DNA from: Octopus vulgaris | Lineage: Eukaryota | Reading direction: 5' to 3' | NCBI GenBank assembly: GCA_951406725.2 | Contig: OX597823.1 | Span: 93,558,001 to 93,622,000 of the forward strand | DNA: 64,000 nt | Part shown: one piece after another, positions 1 through 14,238 of the stretch | Numbering within the stretch: position 1 is the stretch's first letter | Layout of the letters: every line of letters begins with the position of its first letter | Translations under genes and position numbers: made by a program | Notes under the pieces: generated by a model | Databases searched by the model: none | Told to the model about the DNA's origin: nothing | The model's input: the letters and a program-made list of their open reading frames with translations, nothing else

Positions 1-352
1 TATTTCATCATCGCCATCGTCACGGTTATCAATCATCCTTATCAACATTTTCATATTTACGTATTATTAGTATTATGACTGTAATTTTTAACCGCGTTGT
101 GTGTGTGTACATATGTCTGTGAGTATTTGCCTGTGTGTTTATATGTATTTCGCCCTCACCACCGCTTGACAAGTGGCGCTAACTTTTTTCATGTCTCTCT
201 TGTAACTTAACGGTTCGAAAACGAAAATTTAGAATAGAAACCGGGCTTTGAAAATATGTCATAATAGAATCTTCAGGTGTCTTAGATTGGCAGCAATACA
301 ACGATTGATAAAGATAAAATGTAAAATACCTCCACAGAAACACACTCACATA

Positions 353-437
<85 letters not shown>

Positions 438-1172
438 ATATATATATATGTATATATATGTATATATAGATATGTATATATATTTATATGTATATATAGA
501 TATGTATATATATTTATATGTATATGTGTGTGCATGTATTTTTGTATAGAGAAGTGCAAGTAGTGTGAAAAGTAACTTGCTTCCCAACCACTTGGTTCGA
601 GGTCCAGTCTCACTGCGTGGCACCTTGCGCGTGTATCTTCTACTGTAGACTCCGGCAGACCAAGGACTTTTTGTTATGGAAGTAGACAAAGGAAAGAAGT
701 CCATCATGTGTGCGTGTGTGCACGCGCGCGTGCATGCGCCTTTGAGTTCCTGCTTGTCCTCCGCCCAGCGCTTGATGACCGTAGTAGACTTCGTTGCTAC
801 AGATATGAAACATCAGCATCGATAGGTCTTATATGGAAAATTCAGTTTTCAGGGCTCTCTTTTAATATTAGTGAGAATATTTCTGTCTAACAGATGTTAA
901 ACGGTCTAGAAATTTTAAAATACATTTTCTGCTTTCACCATTTCGAACTCACGAAATTTGCAATATTAAATATACGTATGGAAGATATCCACTGGCATCG
1001 CCTTTATTTGATAAATTAGATTCTTCAATAAGCATACACACACACAAACATACACACAAACACACACACACACACATACACATATATATATAGATAGATA
1101 GATTGATACATACATACATGCATACATATATATACATATAAATTTGACATGAGCGATTCTTTCTTGTGTGTG

Positions 1173-1203
<31 letters not shown>

Positions 1204-1281
1204 ATATATATATGCATATATATATATATATATGCATATATATATATATGCATATATATATATTATATATATATATATATA

Positions 1282-1321
<40 letters not shown>

Positions 1322-1324
1322 ATA

Positions 1325-1360
<36 letters not shown>

Positions 1361-1815
1361 TGTATGTATGTATGTATGTATATGCATATATATAAGTAAT
1401 CTAGAGATAGTTGAAAGTGTGGTGAAAATATTAGAAGACAATAAAAATAGAAATAAAAATAAAAAGATAAACGAAAGCTGAATCATGACTTGACAGAAAA
1501 ATATATGGGATGGACAGTATAATAAAAAAAATTAAAATGAGAACAGCGTGATATCGAAGCCGACATAGATATTGTGGTACTTCAGTGACTAGGCCAGAAG
1601 TCTCTGTTCAATAGAAGCGTATGATGTGGGATGTCTCTATTCTATAGTCTAGAATTTACGAAGTAATGTCTGAAAAGATTATTAATAAAATAGTAAATAA
1701 GTAAAACGGTGAGATAAATGTATAGGTAGAAATATATATGGGAGCACGCATATTAATCTTTCTGTGTCGCTGTCTATCCCCTCTCCCCCTGTGTGTGTCT
1801 CTCTCTTTCTCTTTA

Positions 1816-1865
<50 letters not shown>

Positions 1866-2030
1866 GCTCTGTCCCTCTCTCACTCTATCTATCTATCTGT
1901 TTGTCTATATCTTTTTTACCTCCAATTTCGTTGTATACATACCTACATATAAATATATATATATATATATATAAGGAGAGAGAGAGATGGATACATACAT
2001 ACATACAGATAGAACGATATATATATATAT

Positions 2031-2100
<70 letters not shown>

Positions 2101-3252
2101 GCAGTTCAGGGGGCAATTCCTTAATAGTAACTGGTCACTCTTATCCCTGTTGGGATTCATCAGACTGTGAAGGGAAATGGGAGTTGTATTAATAATTAAT
2201 TGGCTGAGTATGTTACAGCGTGTCGTATGGTATGTGTATGTGTGTGTGTGTATGTGTGTATTTTTTGCTGTGCAAATAGGTGAAGGTGGGGGCATTCCAT
2301 TTATTACTTAACAAAAATAGTATTGTACTTGAAATGGTTTTCTTTTTGACAATTTTTACCGTATAAAACCATAAAAGCGACGGGGTCAAGTATAGAATAA
2401 TAAATATACGAATAAAATGGTCGTTGATTTCTTTCATAGACACGAGAGGAAGTTATTTGGCAGCAGGGGTCCGTCCATTACATATAACAGACGTTCACTT
2501 GAAAAACTTACTTGTCTACAGCATCCAATATTCTCATTTGTTTTGCTTTCAAGCCTAAGTTCTCATAAGCGTGGCTTCCTCTTTTCTATGGCGTATAAAT
2601 AGGTGAGATGAGAACAGTTCCTCTGTAAGGGATGTCAGTCCATTTCGGGGAGCAGAGCCAGAAACTTTAAGGGAAGGGCAAATTGATTACATCGGCCTCA
2701 GTGCAAGTCTGCTACTTTATGAAGTCGAGACTAAATGGATGAAAAGCAAATCTGAACTCGGTGGGGGTTTGAACTCAGAAAGTAAATACGGATGAAATGC
2801 TGCTAAGCACTTCGTCCACCGTTTTAAAGGTTCCACTAACTCGCTGTAACCATTTCTATAGACTGGAATATAAAAATAGTAATTTATTACATGGACACAT
2901 AGATATTCACAAAATAAACTGTACCTGGATTGAGTTCTATCTCATAGCCTAAGGAGGCGTTACTAAAACGCTCACAGCATTTCGCCCAATGTGGTGTGGC
3001 CAAGGTAATTATATTTTCGTTACACTATGAGGGACTGGAAAAAAGAGGGACACAGATAATATAAGCCCAAGCAATTTCCTTTCCTCCCTCTTCATTTAAG
3101 CACTCCTTTGTGTTATCTATACTGAGTTTCTTTTGTTGTCAACCACTTTCGTATATATGGGCAAAATGTCTTTTACTATAGCCCCGAGCCGACCAAAGCC
3201 TTGTGAGTGGATTTGATAGATAGAATCTGAAAGAAATCCATTACATATGTAT

Positions 3253-3298
<46 letters not shown>

Positions 3299-3574
3299 TA
3301 AATGTCGAACAATTTTATTTACCACTGCATTGGCAAATAAAATTCCTTTATTTGTGTATTAAGTCTAGCATTAGCTTCATGTAAAGAAAAATACTTATTA
3401 TCTTAACATGAAACCAATGATAGCCTTAATACACACACACATAGACACACATACACAGGCGTAAATATATATATATATATATATAGTAAATCCTCCCCCC
3501 CAAAAAAAACACAAGGACGTGGTACAGGCAAATAAAAGAGGAAAAAATCGCCAACGATTCACTTGTGGCTACAT

Positions 3575-3715
<141 letters not shown>

Positions 3716-3771
3716 AAAGATAGTGGATAGATAACTGTATAATAATATATCAGAATAATATATATTCTCCG

Positions 3772-4014
3772 ATTTCAAGCGATAATTTTTAAATACAAAG
3801 AAATGACCGAAAAATATCGCACCACCAAATCAACGCTAACCAAATCATATATATATATAAGTGTAAACAACCCACAAAGGCTTTGTCAGATACGGAGAGA
3901 AAGCTACCATGGAAGACTCATAATATAAATATGTTAGCGCTGATTTGGTTAGCGTTGATTTGGTGGTGCGATATTTTTCGGTCATTTCTTTGTATTTAAA
4001 AATTATCGCTTGAA

Positions 4015-4016
<2 letters not shown>
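3772..4016. repeat. Perfect 76-bp inverted repeat with 93-bp spacer
   Basis: 3772-3847 is the reverse complement of 3941-4016. Confidence 0.9.
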
Positions 4017-4075
<59 letters not shown>

Positions 4076-4601
4076 TAAGTGTGAACAAACCATATATATA
4101 TATATACATACATATATATATATATGCATGTATGCATGTATCTACGTGTTTGACCGTGTGTATATATGTGTGTGAACTCCTTGTATGAAATTATCTTGTA
4201 GTCAGAAGGTAAAAATCAAACACTAATTGCAAGAGAGCATCCTGATGACCACCCACCCGATAACTTTGAAAAGTTCTGAATAACTTTTCTTTTTTTAAAT
4301 TCATATTTTCTATTTATTTCTGTATCTGTAACAAAAATTGAAAAAAAAAAATTACATTTATTCTATATAAAAGAATGCAGTGCAGATTATGAAGCGGGTA
4401 TAAAGAGGGACTCATACAATGAAGAATGAGGGGGAAATAGTTACGAAGATAATGGGAAGTATAAGTAGCATAGTTAGAAGATTATGTAAAATATTTTGCA
4501 GTATTTCCGCCAAGGATTTGTTTTTATCGTATCTCTTGTATTAACTCCAAAAATTGGCCTGAGGCACTTGAATAATTTTAGTCGAACAAATCGACCTCAT
4601 A

Positions 4602-4871
4602 GTAAAGATTGTTTGCCAACATAACATGGCAGTCCTGGTTTAGGACGAGTGTTACTGTAATTTAGCCCCAAGAGACATCGTCTCCACCTGGTTATACGTC
4701 AGGATCTGAGTACATATATTTTCGAACAAGGGAATCTAGCACCCACCACTCAGCTCAAAACAATATCTGTGTATCCCGATTGGAGGTACTAGATTCCCTT
4801 ACTCAGATCATGTCATATAGCCATCTGGAGACGATGTTTCCTGGGGCTAAATTACAGCAAACAATCTTTAC
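4602..4871. mobile_element. MITE/foldback element with interrupted long inverted repeats
   Basis: Three nested pairs: GTAAAGATTGTTTGC/GCAAACAATCTTTAC; CTGTAATTTAGCCCCA...GATCTGAGTA with its reverse complement; AAGGGAATCTAG/CTAGATTCCCTT. Flanked by TA on both sides. Confidence 0.75.
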
Positions 4872-4934
4872 TACAAAATGCTGTTCCTGAATGTCTCTCG
4901 TCGTGAGATTTCAAAATAGTAATTTTCTAAATCG

Positions 4935-5298
4935 ACCTCAGTACTTACTCTTTTTTTCTCAAAGCCTCATAGTTATTCAATCGGTTCTTTTGCCGAACTG
5001 CTACGTTATGGAAACGTTAATTCCACCAACACCGAACGATGGTGGGAGTCAAACACATACACAGACACAAATACACACAAACACACTCTCACACACATAC
5101 ACATACACACACAAACAAACTTACACACACACACACACACACACACACTCGCATTCCTCGACTCACAATTCCACTCACAAGGTTTTGTCTGCCTGAGGCT
5201 AAAGTAAAGAGCGTTTGCGCAAGATTCCACTTGATGGGATTGAACCCGGAGCCAAGTGGCTGGCAAGAAAACTTGTTAACACACAGCTACACGTGCGC
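4935..5298 (-). mobile_element. SINE family A, diverged
   Basis: TTTTGCCGAACTGCTA...CCACTCACAAGG...GAACCCGGA...ACACAGC blocks. Confidence 0.75.
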
Positions 5299-5471
5299 CA
5301 ATGTTCTGAGTTCAAATTCGGTCAAAGACAATGACGAACGCAAATTTATAATTCTTCACTCCGGGGTCGATAAAATACAGTACCAATCAAATATTGGAAT
5401 TAACAGTAACGATTAACCATGCCATCGATTGCTTGTCTTCTAATTAAATTAGAAGTAATCAATGTTAAAGC

Positions 5472-5613
5472 CGTCTACCAAATCCGCTCACAAGGCATTG
5501 GTCGGCCCGATGCTATAATAAAAGACACTTGCCCAAAGTGTCACGCAGTGGGACTGAACCCGGAGTCATGTGGTTGGTAAGCAATCTCCTTACCGCACAG
5601 CCACGCCTGCGCC
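5472..5613 (-). mobile_element. SINE family A, 5' half
   Basis: CGTCTACCAAATCC...GCAGTGGGACTGAACCCGG...CACAGCCACGCCTGCGCC. Confidence 0.8.
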
Positions 5614-5721
5614 TATTTCATTCCAAATATATATTTAGTAATTATTGATATAATTGATGGTGCATTAAATTTCAAATGCCTCCGTTGTCTTCATTTTCCT
5701 AAAAACTAGTAATAGTGTTTG

Positions 5722-6035
5722 AAGGCGCGTGGTTAAGTGGTTAGGTGTATTCAGCTCACGATCGTTAAGTCTTGAGTTCGATTCCTAGCAGCGTATCATG
5801 TCTTTGGGCGTGATATTTTCCTTTTCTTTCACGTTGCTCCACTCCATTCAGTTGGCAAAAATGAGCGGTACTTGTATTTCAAAACGGCTAGCTTTGAAAC
5901 ATTCAGTGACACGCTGAATTTCCCTGAGAACTACGTTGAGAGTACGCGTGTTTGTGGAGCATTCAGCCACTTGCACGTTAATTTCCGTTGATCAGATAAA
6001 CTGGAACACTCATCGTCGTGACTGACGGAGTACCA
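5722..6035 (+). mobile_element. SINE sharing the family B 3' half (related copies at 7570-7890 + and 11135-11465 -)
   Basis: tRNA-like head (GAGTTCGATTCC), then CCCTGAGAACTACGTT...CAGCCACTTGCACGTTAATTTC...CTCATCGTCGTGACTGACGGAGT. Confidence 0.75.
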
Positions 6036-9007
6036 GTTAGCAATGATGACGTTTCTACCAACTTATATTTACAGAATTAAAATGGAAGACAATATTTTCT
6101 ACTACACTAAACACTTTTATATATTTATCCGAATACTAGACTTGATGGAGAATTCTTATCATAAAAGACATTCCCTCCATGACATTGACGTCTAAGTATT
6201 CGTCATTGAATATTTACATCATCAAAGTGCGAGGCCAAGTGTGTAGTTTATTGCACTCATGATGACAAGAGCATTGTTTCGATTCTCAGATCAGGTTGTT
6301 CATTGTGTTATTAAGCAGAAGATTTCATTTCCTGTTGCCCCAGTCAACTCAGCTGTAAATGCATAAACCTGCAACGGACTTGTGTCACGTTTCAGAGAGG
6401 TTGTTATAATTTTCGTCACTTATCCGCCATGAAACCCGGGTTGCCGTCCCGTAAATCGTAAGACTCCAGAATAAGACTTACCATATTTAAATCTTTATTT
6501 CCCAAAATGTCTTCTATATTTCTGTAAAATGTAGTTTATGATTTTAGACATAATTGGTTTCTATTTCTCCGGGTCACATTGTTTCGTTATTATCGACTAA
6601 GCAAATGTGATAGTCCGTGGATTTCACGACAATAACGAACATGTTTTTAAAAAGAAGCAAACACAAGAATAAATAAAAGCGGTGATATTTGAATTCGATT
6701 CATTTATATTGTGAGGTAAGCCATGCCATACAAATCAGAGATTTGCTTGCTATTATTGATAATTAAACATAAAAAGAATGTTAATTTCTTGAATAAAATC
6801 AAGTAAGAGAATGTCGCATTCATTCATTTACATTTACGAAGCAATTCAAATGTATTCATTACGGAAACGAAAACCAAAAACAATAAATAATTCTTAGCTA
6901 AGAATTACCGAAGTGAGAAAGGTTCTTTCTTGTTGAAAGAAAAAAAGAAAAAACATCTTTAACGTTAGCAATTACGTCATAAGATTTCATATAAATCATT
7001 TCAGCATTTAGGAAGGAAGTAAATTACCATCGAAAGTTGAAGACTACAACCGCTTCTGTATTTTTTTTTTTGGCTTTTTAGTGCTATTATTGTTATATTT
7101 CTAATCGTCATTGTCCTCCTCATCATCACCGTCATTGCAATCGTGAATGTCATTATTGTCATTGCTTTAATTACACGGCGTTTAAGAAACCTATTGAAGA
7201 TCTAATCGTTCCACCAGTGCAATATATAAGCAGCATCTTTCTTAATTAATTGGTTGCGGATTTTATTTAAAATGAGAACAACGCATTTGAAGACATCTAC
7301 CAATAAGTTCACCATTAAAATCCTCATTGACGCCAGCGACAAATGATTCCTGACTGGTCAGTGAGTAGGCAAAAACTAACGAAAACGTCTTTTTAAAATA
7401 CCATCATTTCTTATTCAAGCGTAAGGGCAAAATAGATATTGCAGTCCTTACGTTGAAATAAGGCAACATGAGGGGACAAACACGCCTGGTAATCGAAGGT
7501 TGAGTTCTCATGGCTGAATGTGCGGCATCAAATGGATGCAACACTGTGTTGAGTGAATCAGTTTTGAAGACACGTGGCATAGTGGTTGGGGTGTTGGTTT
7601 CACAACTGTAAAGGTCATTAGTTCGATTTCCAACGACGCGTTGTGTCCGTGAGCAAGACACTTTATTTCAGGTTGCTCTAGTCCAATTGGCTAACAAAAA
7701 TGAGTTTTACCTGTAATTCTAAAGGCCAGCCTTTTCAAAGTTTGTGTCACACCGAATGACTCTGAGAACTACATTTAAGAGTATGCGTGTCTCTAGAGTG
7801 CTCAGCCGTTTACACATTAATTTCACGAGCAGGTTATTCTGTTGATGGGGCCCGACTGTAACAGTTGTTGTCGTAAGTGACAGAGTGCAAGTTAATGAGT
7901 TAGGATATTTGTGAGGATTGCAGCTGCGATGAGTATATCAAAATAAACATAAATTAATAGTTTAAGAGGTTGTAGTGACTGTAACTAGTAAATGTTGTAT
8001 GTCTGCATTATTTTAAATCCGTATTACTTCAGCTCTCCGATTGATCTTCTCTCCTGTGTGTGAGACGTCTTGTTCTCTTAAATTATTTAGTATTTAGTAT
8101 TTCTGCATAAGATTAACTTCGTTCCAACAAGAAATCTTTAGTGCAGTGTTTTAACCACCATTTAAATAATTCAATTTTCACTTCTGTTTCGGCAACTACA
8201 AAGAAGTGATATTAAAATCTATATTCCGAGACGGGCATATAGTTTAAATCAATCCTGATAATTACCTGTGTTCCGGAACTGATTTCATCAATACAAGATC
8301 GATCATCAATGACGACGCTAGAAGCGATCAAACTGTGAGCAAAGCAGTCTTTAAAAAAATGATAATGGAAGAAATGGGACTCGCATGAGTTCTTGCCAAC
8401 TTTGTTCTTCATCCCTTCGATGATGATGATGATGATATATGTTTAAATTTTCAGAAATAATTTCACTTAAACACCAAGTTATCTCTGGTGATGGTGTTTC
8501 CGCTTCAAAGTTTTACACTGATGAGATCTAAATGACAAAAATTGATCCGATCCAGCGTAAAAATCAATATTGATACTTAATGTGTGCCTAAAATGCGCCT
8601 CGCTTCCAGAATAGTTAATACCACAAAGCTTTGCGGTATTCCGTCCGTCTTTACATTCTGAGTTGAAATTCCGCCGGGGTCGATGTTGCTTTTCATCCTT
8701 TCGCGGTCGATGAAATAAGTACCAATCAAATATTATCGGTTAATGTAATCGAATTATGTCCTCATCCGAAATTGCTGGCGTTGTTCAAAAAAATTTGAAA
8801 TCAATTTGTATGGCTAGAGATATCCTAGGTTATAGAAACTTTACTCTGCATCTGCTTCGAGATCTCTCATGAATTGTCTGAAACTAAGGTACATTGCGAG
8901 AAAACAACAAAGTACCCGCAATTCGAGACCCCTGGACCAGTAGGAAGCGAGGAGATAGATTTTAATTACGATTACTCTCATTTGTGTTCGAACGCGGAAC
9001 GGTATTC

Positions 9008-9172
9008 ATTCAAATTCCGCCGAGGTCGACTTTGCCTTTCATCCTTTCGGGGGTCGATAAATTAAGTACCAGTTACGCACTGGAGTCGATATAATCGACT
9101 TAATCCGTTTATCTGTCCTTGTTTGTCCCCCCACCTCTGTGTGTGGCCCCTTATAGGTAGTAAAGAAATAGG
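9008..9172 (+). mobile_element. SINE family C, 3' part
   Basis: Matches 11595-11752, including the TAAAGAAATA tail. Confidence 0.8.
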
Positions 9173-9453
9173 TATTCTCAGGTGTGGGGGAGGGGTCCAC
9201 TCATTTTTGAGAAAGCCGCGGGAAAGGCAGTTTTTCTAAAATAAAGGTAATCCGATATAAAAAAGTTGCGGTCAAAACACTATCAGTCATCTTGTCACAG
9301 GCACCTGCTATGGCGGCTGAAAGAGGGGCAAATGTATTGATCAAATTGAAATTCAATGGCGTACAGATGTCTCGCTATCATGTTTGAGATGGCTATCATC
9401 TGACAAAATCAGGCAACCATCATCATCATCCACCTTACCAGCAGCTGTAGTAT

Positions 9454-9484
<31 letters not shown>

Positions 9485-9505
9485 GTGTATATATATATAT
9501 ACATA

Positions 9506-9609
<104 letters not shown>

Positions 9610-9920
9610 CATACATATATATGTATATATATATATATATATACATACGTATGTATAACATTTGTACATATACAGTTATATATGTATGTCTGTGCATGTA
9701 GTACACATACCTACATGTATATGTATATTGATACTTAATGTGTGCCTAAAATGCGCCTCGCTCCCAGAATAGTTAATACCGCAAAGCATTGTGGTATTAC
9801 ATGTGTGTGCAAGTGTGTGCGCGCGTGTATGCGTGTATGTGTGCATATTCTATTTCATATGTGTTTGAGTTTCTGTAATGTGTGTATACATACACAGACA
9901 CAAACATATATATGTATGTA

Positions 9921-9970
<50 letters not shown>

Positions 9971-10659
9971 CTAACATTTTAAATTAGAATAAAGCTAAAA
10001 GAATTTAAAACAATTGGCAAAGAATCTATGTAATCATTAAAAAAGCTGATAAATAAATTTATTTACAAAGCTGTCCTAAGTTCAGGCTTTCTTCTTTTTT
10101 CATAGTTTTTTTCCTCGTTTTCTTTGTTCTCATCTAACTTTCCTCTTACTCAGAGCTCGCCAGTCTTGCTTTCACACATCTTTCACCAATCTTCTCTTTT
10201 TATTACTTACTTCTAACGTCATTATATTTTAGTATGAAATTCTATCAAGAAGCACATCGTACTTTTCCTTCGTATGTGACCTTTGCAAATGAGATTGCTC
10301 TCTTCAAGTCTAAAAGACAGAACACACGGGGTGTAAGATGAATAAATTGCAATATAACAGTTGGTGCAGAGATATAATGAAAATACGCGAGGAGAACAGC
10401 ACTTATCAAATTTTATCTAAGTTTCAGTCAATTTATTTCAAATCTCCTTTAAATTTTCCCCAGATTACTTTTGATTTCATTTAAATTCATTCGTTTTCTA
10501 TCATGTAATGAAATTTGCGTGATGTTAGACCTTCTAAATCATGGTGTTACCTAATTTAATGCTGTTTCAGTTAGATACTATTTCACACATCTAGTAAAAC
10601 CATTTTGATTTTCTTTTCGTTTCTTAAATTCATCCGAAGGTTCCACATTAATTCCTGTC

Positions 10660-10733
<74 letters not shown>

Positions 10734-11516
10734 TGCGTGTCATCGTGCGTGCCTATGTGTGTCTTCTCCCGTGCGCGCGTTGAGTAAAATTGAGAGTGAA
10801 TTTATAAAATTAAATGACTACTATAAAACGAAATATAAAATTTGTTTCGTTTCTCTTTTCCACTCATTATAACATTGGAATTTTGTACATCTTTCAATAT
10901 TCATTGGCATTAAATTTCACTTTGCTCAAATATATTTGAGTTTAAATCTTGCAATTTCTGTCGCCTAATGAGAACAAAGCGTGTGAGGCCTCAAATTATC
11001 ATTGGCGAATACAAGGGTCTTCATTGATTTTGCTTCACTAAGCATAACCCTTATTTTGCTAGCAAAGAAATATTATTGATTGAATTCTTATCGTTCTATT
11101 AACACAATTTTTTTTCAATACAGCATTTGAAAGAGATGAAATACTGGCACTCGGTCGGTGACGAGGATGAGGCTTCCAGTTAATACGAACAACAGGACAA
11201 CCTACTCGTGAAATTAACGCGCAAGTGGCCGAGTGCTCCAAAGACTCTCGTACCATTCACGTCGCTCTCAGGGAGATTCTACGTGACGCAGAATGGGACA
11301 AGTCTGGTCCTTTTTTTAATTCTGGTACAGCTCATTGTTCCGAGCTGAATGGACTGGAGCAACTGGAGATAAAATGTCTTGCTGAAGGACACAACGAACG
11401 GCCGGGAATCAAACACTACGACCTTACAATCGCGAGCTGGATACACTTAACACTACGCCACGCGACTTCGCTCTCTGTTAACAACATAACAGACGTAGCT
11501 ACAAACAGTATATGCT

Positions 11517-12085
11517 AAGACGGTCAGCTGGCAGAAACGTTAGCACACCGGGCAAAAGGCTTAGCGGTAAATCGTCTGCCGCTACGTTCTGAGTTCTAAT
11601 TCCGCAGACGTCGACTTTGCCTTTCATCCTTTCGGGGTCGATTAAATAAGTACCAGTTACGCACTGGGGTCGATATAATCGACTTAATCCGTTTGTCTGT
11701 CCTTCTTTGTCCCCCTCTGTGTGTAGCCCCTTATGGGTAGTAAAGAAATAGGTATTTTGTCTGCCGTTACGTTCTGAGTTCAAATTCCACCGAGGTCGAC
11801 TTTGACTTTCATCGTACTGGGGTCGACGTAATCGACTTAATCCCTTTGTCTGACCTTGTTTTTCCCCTCTATGTTTAATCCCCTGTGGGCAATAAAGAAA
11901 TAAGAATCGTTAGCCGGGTAAAATGCTTAAATGTATTTCGTCTGCCGCTACGTTCTAAGTTCAAATTCCATCGAGGTCGACTTTGCCTTTCATCCTTTCG
12001 GGTTCGATATCAGTTGCGTACTGGGGTCGATCGGATCGACAGCCCCCACTCCCTAGATTTCTGGCTTTGTGCTTATAATAGAAAG
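11517..12085 (+). mobile_element. SINE family C, three tandem units (11517-11752, 11753-11903, 11905-12085)
   Basis: Repeated CGTTCTGAGTTCAAATTCC..GAGGTCGACTTTGCCTTTCATCCTTTCGGGGTCGA core. The first two units end in TTGTCCCC..TCTGTGTGTAGCCCC..GGG....TAAAGAAATA. Confidence 0.85.
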
Positions 12086-13504
12086 GAATACAAACAAAAT
12101 TTGCCATTTACTGTTATAATTCACAAATTTTGATGCTAGCGACAATTATTATTTTATTGCGTTCACCTTAAATCGTCACAAAAACCTGGTAAACAAAAGT
12201 GTCTACTATTCCGAGGTACAGTTCAAATATGTGTTGGCTATATTTGCATGCATGTTGAAGACAATTTGCTATGACTGGGGCAAAAGGGTCGCACGTGGGT
12301 CTGTGTGGTAAGATGTTTGTTCCCCAGATACCTGGTTCCGGGTTGAGACCCACTGCGTGCAACCTTAGACAAGTGTAGTCTACTATAGTTTCGGCCGACA
12401 AAAGCCTGGTAAATGAATGGGGTATATGGAAAGTGAAGGAGGCCAGTTGCACGTGTGTGTATATATGGGTGGGAGGATGAATTGGGGTGAAAGTCTGAAG
12501 TAATGAATGCTATTACATTGCACACTTCTATAAAAGGAAAATAACTCGAAATTCAAACAACAACATTTATTGACTACAACGGATTCTAAATTTTTATCCT
12601 TCGTTGCAATATTTTACGTAAAATTTTCTTTTTCTGTACTTTAACAGGTGTAATAACTTATCCTTAACTTTTCCAAGTGTAATAAGTTGTCCTATAGTTT
12701 TCCAGGTTTATAAACTTAAGAATATTCCTCTTGTTCGCATTTTTCCATGTAATCCACGTTTTTACAAGGCTATGCTATTATGCTAATTAATAATGTGTTA
12801 ATTAGTAATTTAAGATATTACCTTATGCTTTCTTCTATCATTTAAGCTAAGATAAATATATTTTGCTTTTAAAATGAAAATTTATTTAGATCTAAACTTG
12901 TTAGAGGCTTTACTTACATGGACTAGTCCCCTTAAAAGATCTTCACAATTATCAATTTGGTTAGGAACCGAATTAACGACAAAGCTCTGAAAGATGCTGC
13001 GTGCGAGTAAATTGCGACCTTCAGAATATTGTTTGAGAAGTGTTAAAACATGAGAAATTCCTTTTTCTTGTCTCAGATATTACGGGGCTGTGTTTACATG
13101 ATATAATTACATTAATTAATACAGATGACCTAATTAAACTAATTACAAACTAGGGTGTCATTGATAATGTTGTCCTTACCTCAATGAAACTGGTGACATA
13201 TATGAAAATTTCCTTTATAGAACTATATCCATAAAAAAGTATAGAACTATATTATCACCCTCAAATTTGAGAAACAAACACTCATAACATTTTTCTTTTA
13301 ACATTTTTCTTAAATGTATTTCGTCTGCCGCTACGTTCTAAGTTCAAATTCCATCGAGGTCGACTTTGCCTTTCATCCTTTCGGGTTCGATATCAGTTGC
13401 GTACTGCATGATATTAATACCATGAAATTTCTTGAATTGAGCCCTATCATTTAAGCTTAATTAAAATACAGCTTGTTTTTAAAATAAAAAAAGTTAATTA
13501 TACT

Positions 13505-13908
13505 TAGATCCAATATTTTGCCTTATATTTTTTCATGGTATTTTACCTCACAACTTTTTTACACAAATTGTTGCATGGGTCGAAGCCTAAGAAATTCTTC
13601 ATGCTTTCTTCTATCATTGAAACTAAGATAAATTTATTTTGCTTTTAAAATGAAAAAAAATTTTAGATCTAAACTTGATTGGTGGCGTTACTTACTCTCC
13701 GATAACGTTGCTACAACTTTTGATGTAAACTTTTTATACAGGACCAAATAACATTTTTTTAATGCCAAAAGGTAGCTAGGGAGCATACTTCTTCAAATAT
13801 TATAACGGTTTTTCATTTGGTTAAAAACTCAATTAGCAACAAGGTCTCAAAATGTTGCATGGTGTAAATTGCGGCCTTAAGAATATTATTCAACTTCTAC
13901 CGTAGTTG
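13505..13908 (+). repeat. Unclassified dispersed repeat (other copies at 12825-13030 + and 18651-19035 -)
   Basis: Shared ATGCTTTCTTCTATCATT.AA.CTAAGATAAAT.TATTTTGCTTTTAAAAT...TTTAGATCTAAACTTG. The terminus CTACCGTAGTTG is mirrored by CAACTACGGTAG at 18651. Confidence 0.7.
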
Positions 13909-14015
13909 GATTATATATATATATATATATGAAGATAAGACAGTTGTTTAAATAACGATCAAATCAGGTCCAACATGGGAAGGACAAAACTTATACGTCA
14001 TAATTATTATGAAAA

Positions 14016-14172
14016 TTATAAATAAGGGTATCTAAGAGATGCCACCATGCTTGAAATAGCAGTCAAAACTTGACTATAAAACATCATGTATTGAATTCAT
14101 GATGTAGTTTTAGAGGCAGGTTTTGACTGCTATTTCAAGCGTGGTGGCATCACTTAGATATCCTTATTTGTA

Positions 14173-14173
<1 letters not shown>
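14016..14173. repeat. Long imperfect palindrome (foldback)
   Basis: ~73-bp arms around a 9-nt loop (14089-14097). Confidence 0.85.

Positions 14174-14238
<65 letters not shown>

Noticed and set aside
2128-2168. CTGATGA-ATCCC(AACA)GGGAT on the minus strand, hammerhead-like
   Set aside because: GAAA is replaced by AAGA and there is no stem I partner. Too degenerate to call.
11517-12085. Repeat-spacer-like periodicity suggestive of CRISPR
   Set aside because: These are tandem SINE units in eukaryotic DNA. No constant short repeat with unique spacers and no cas genes.
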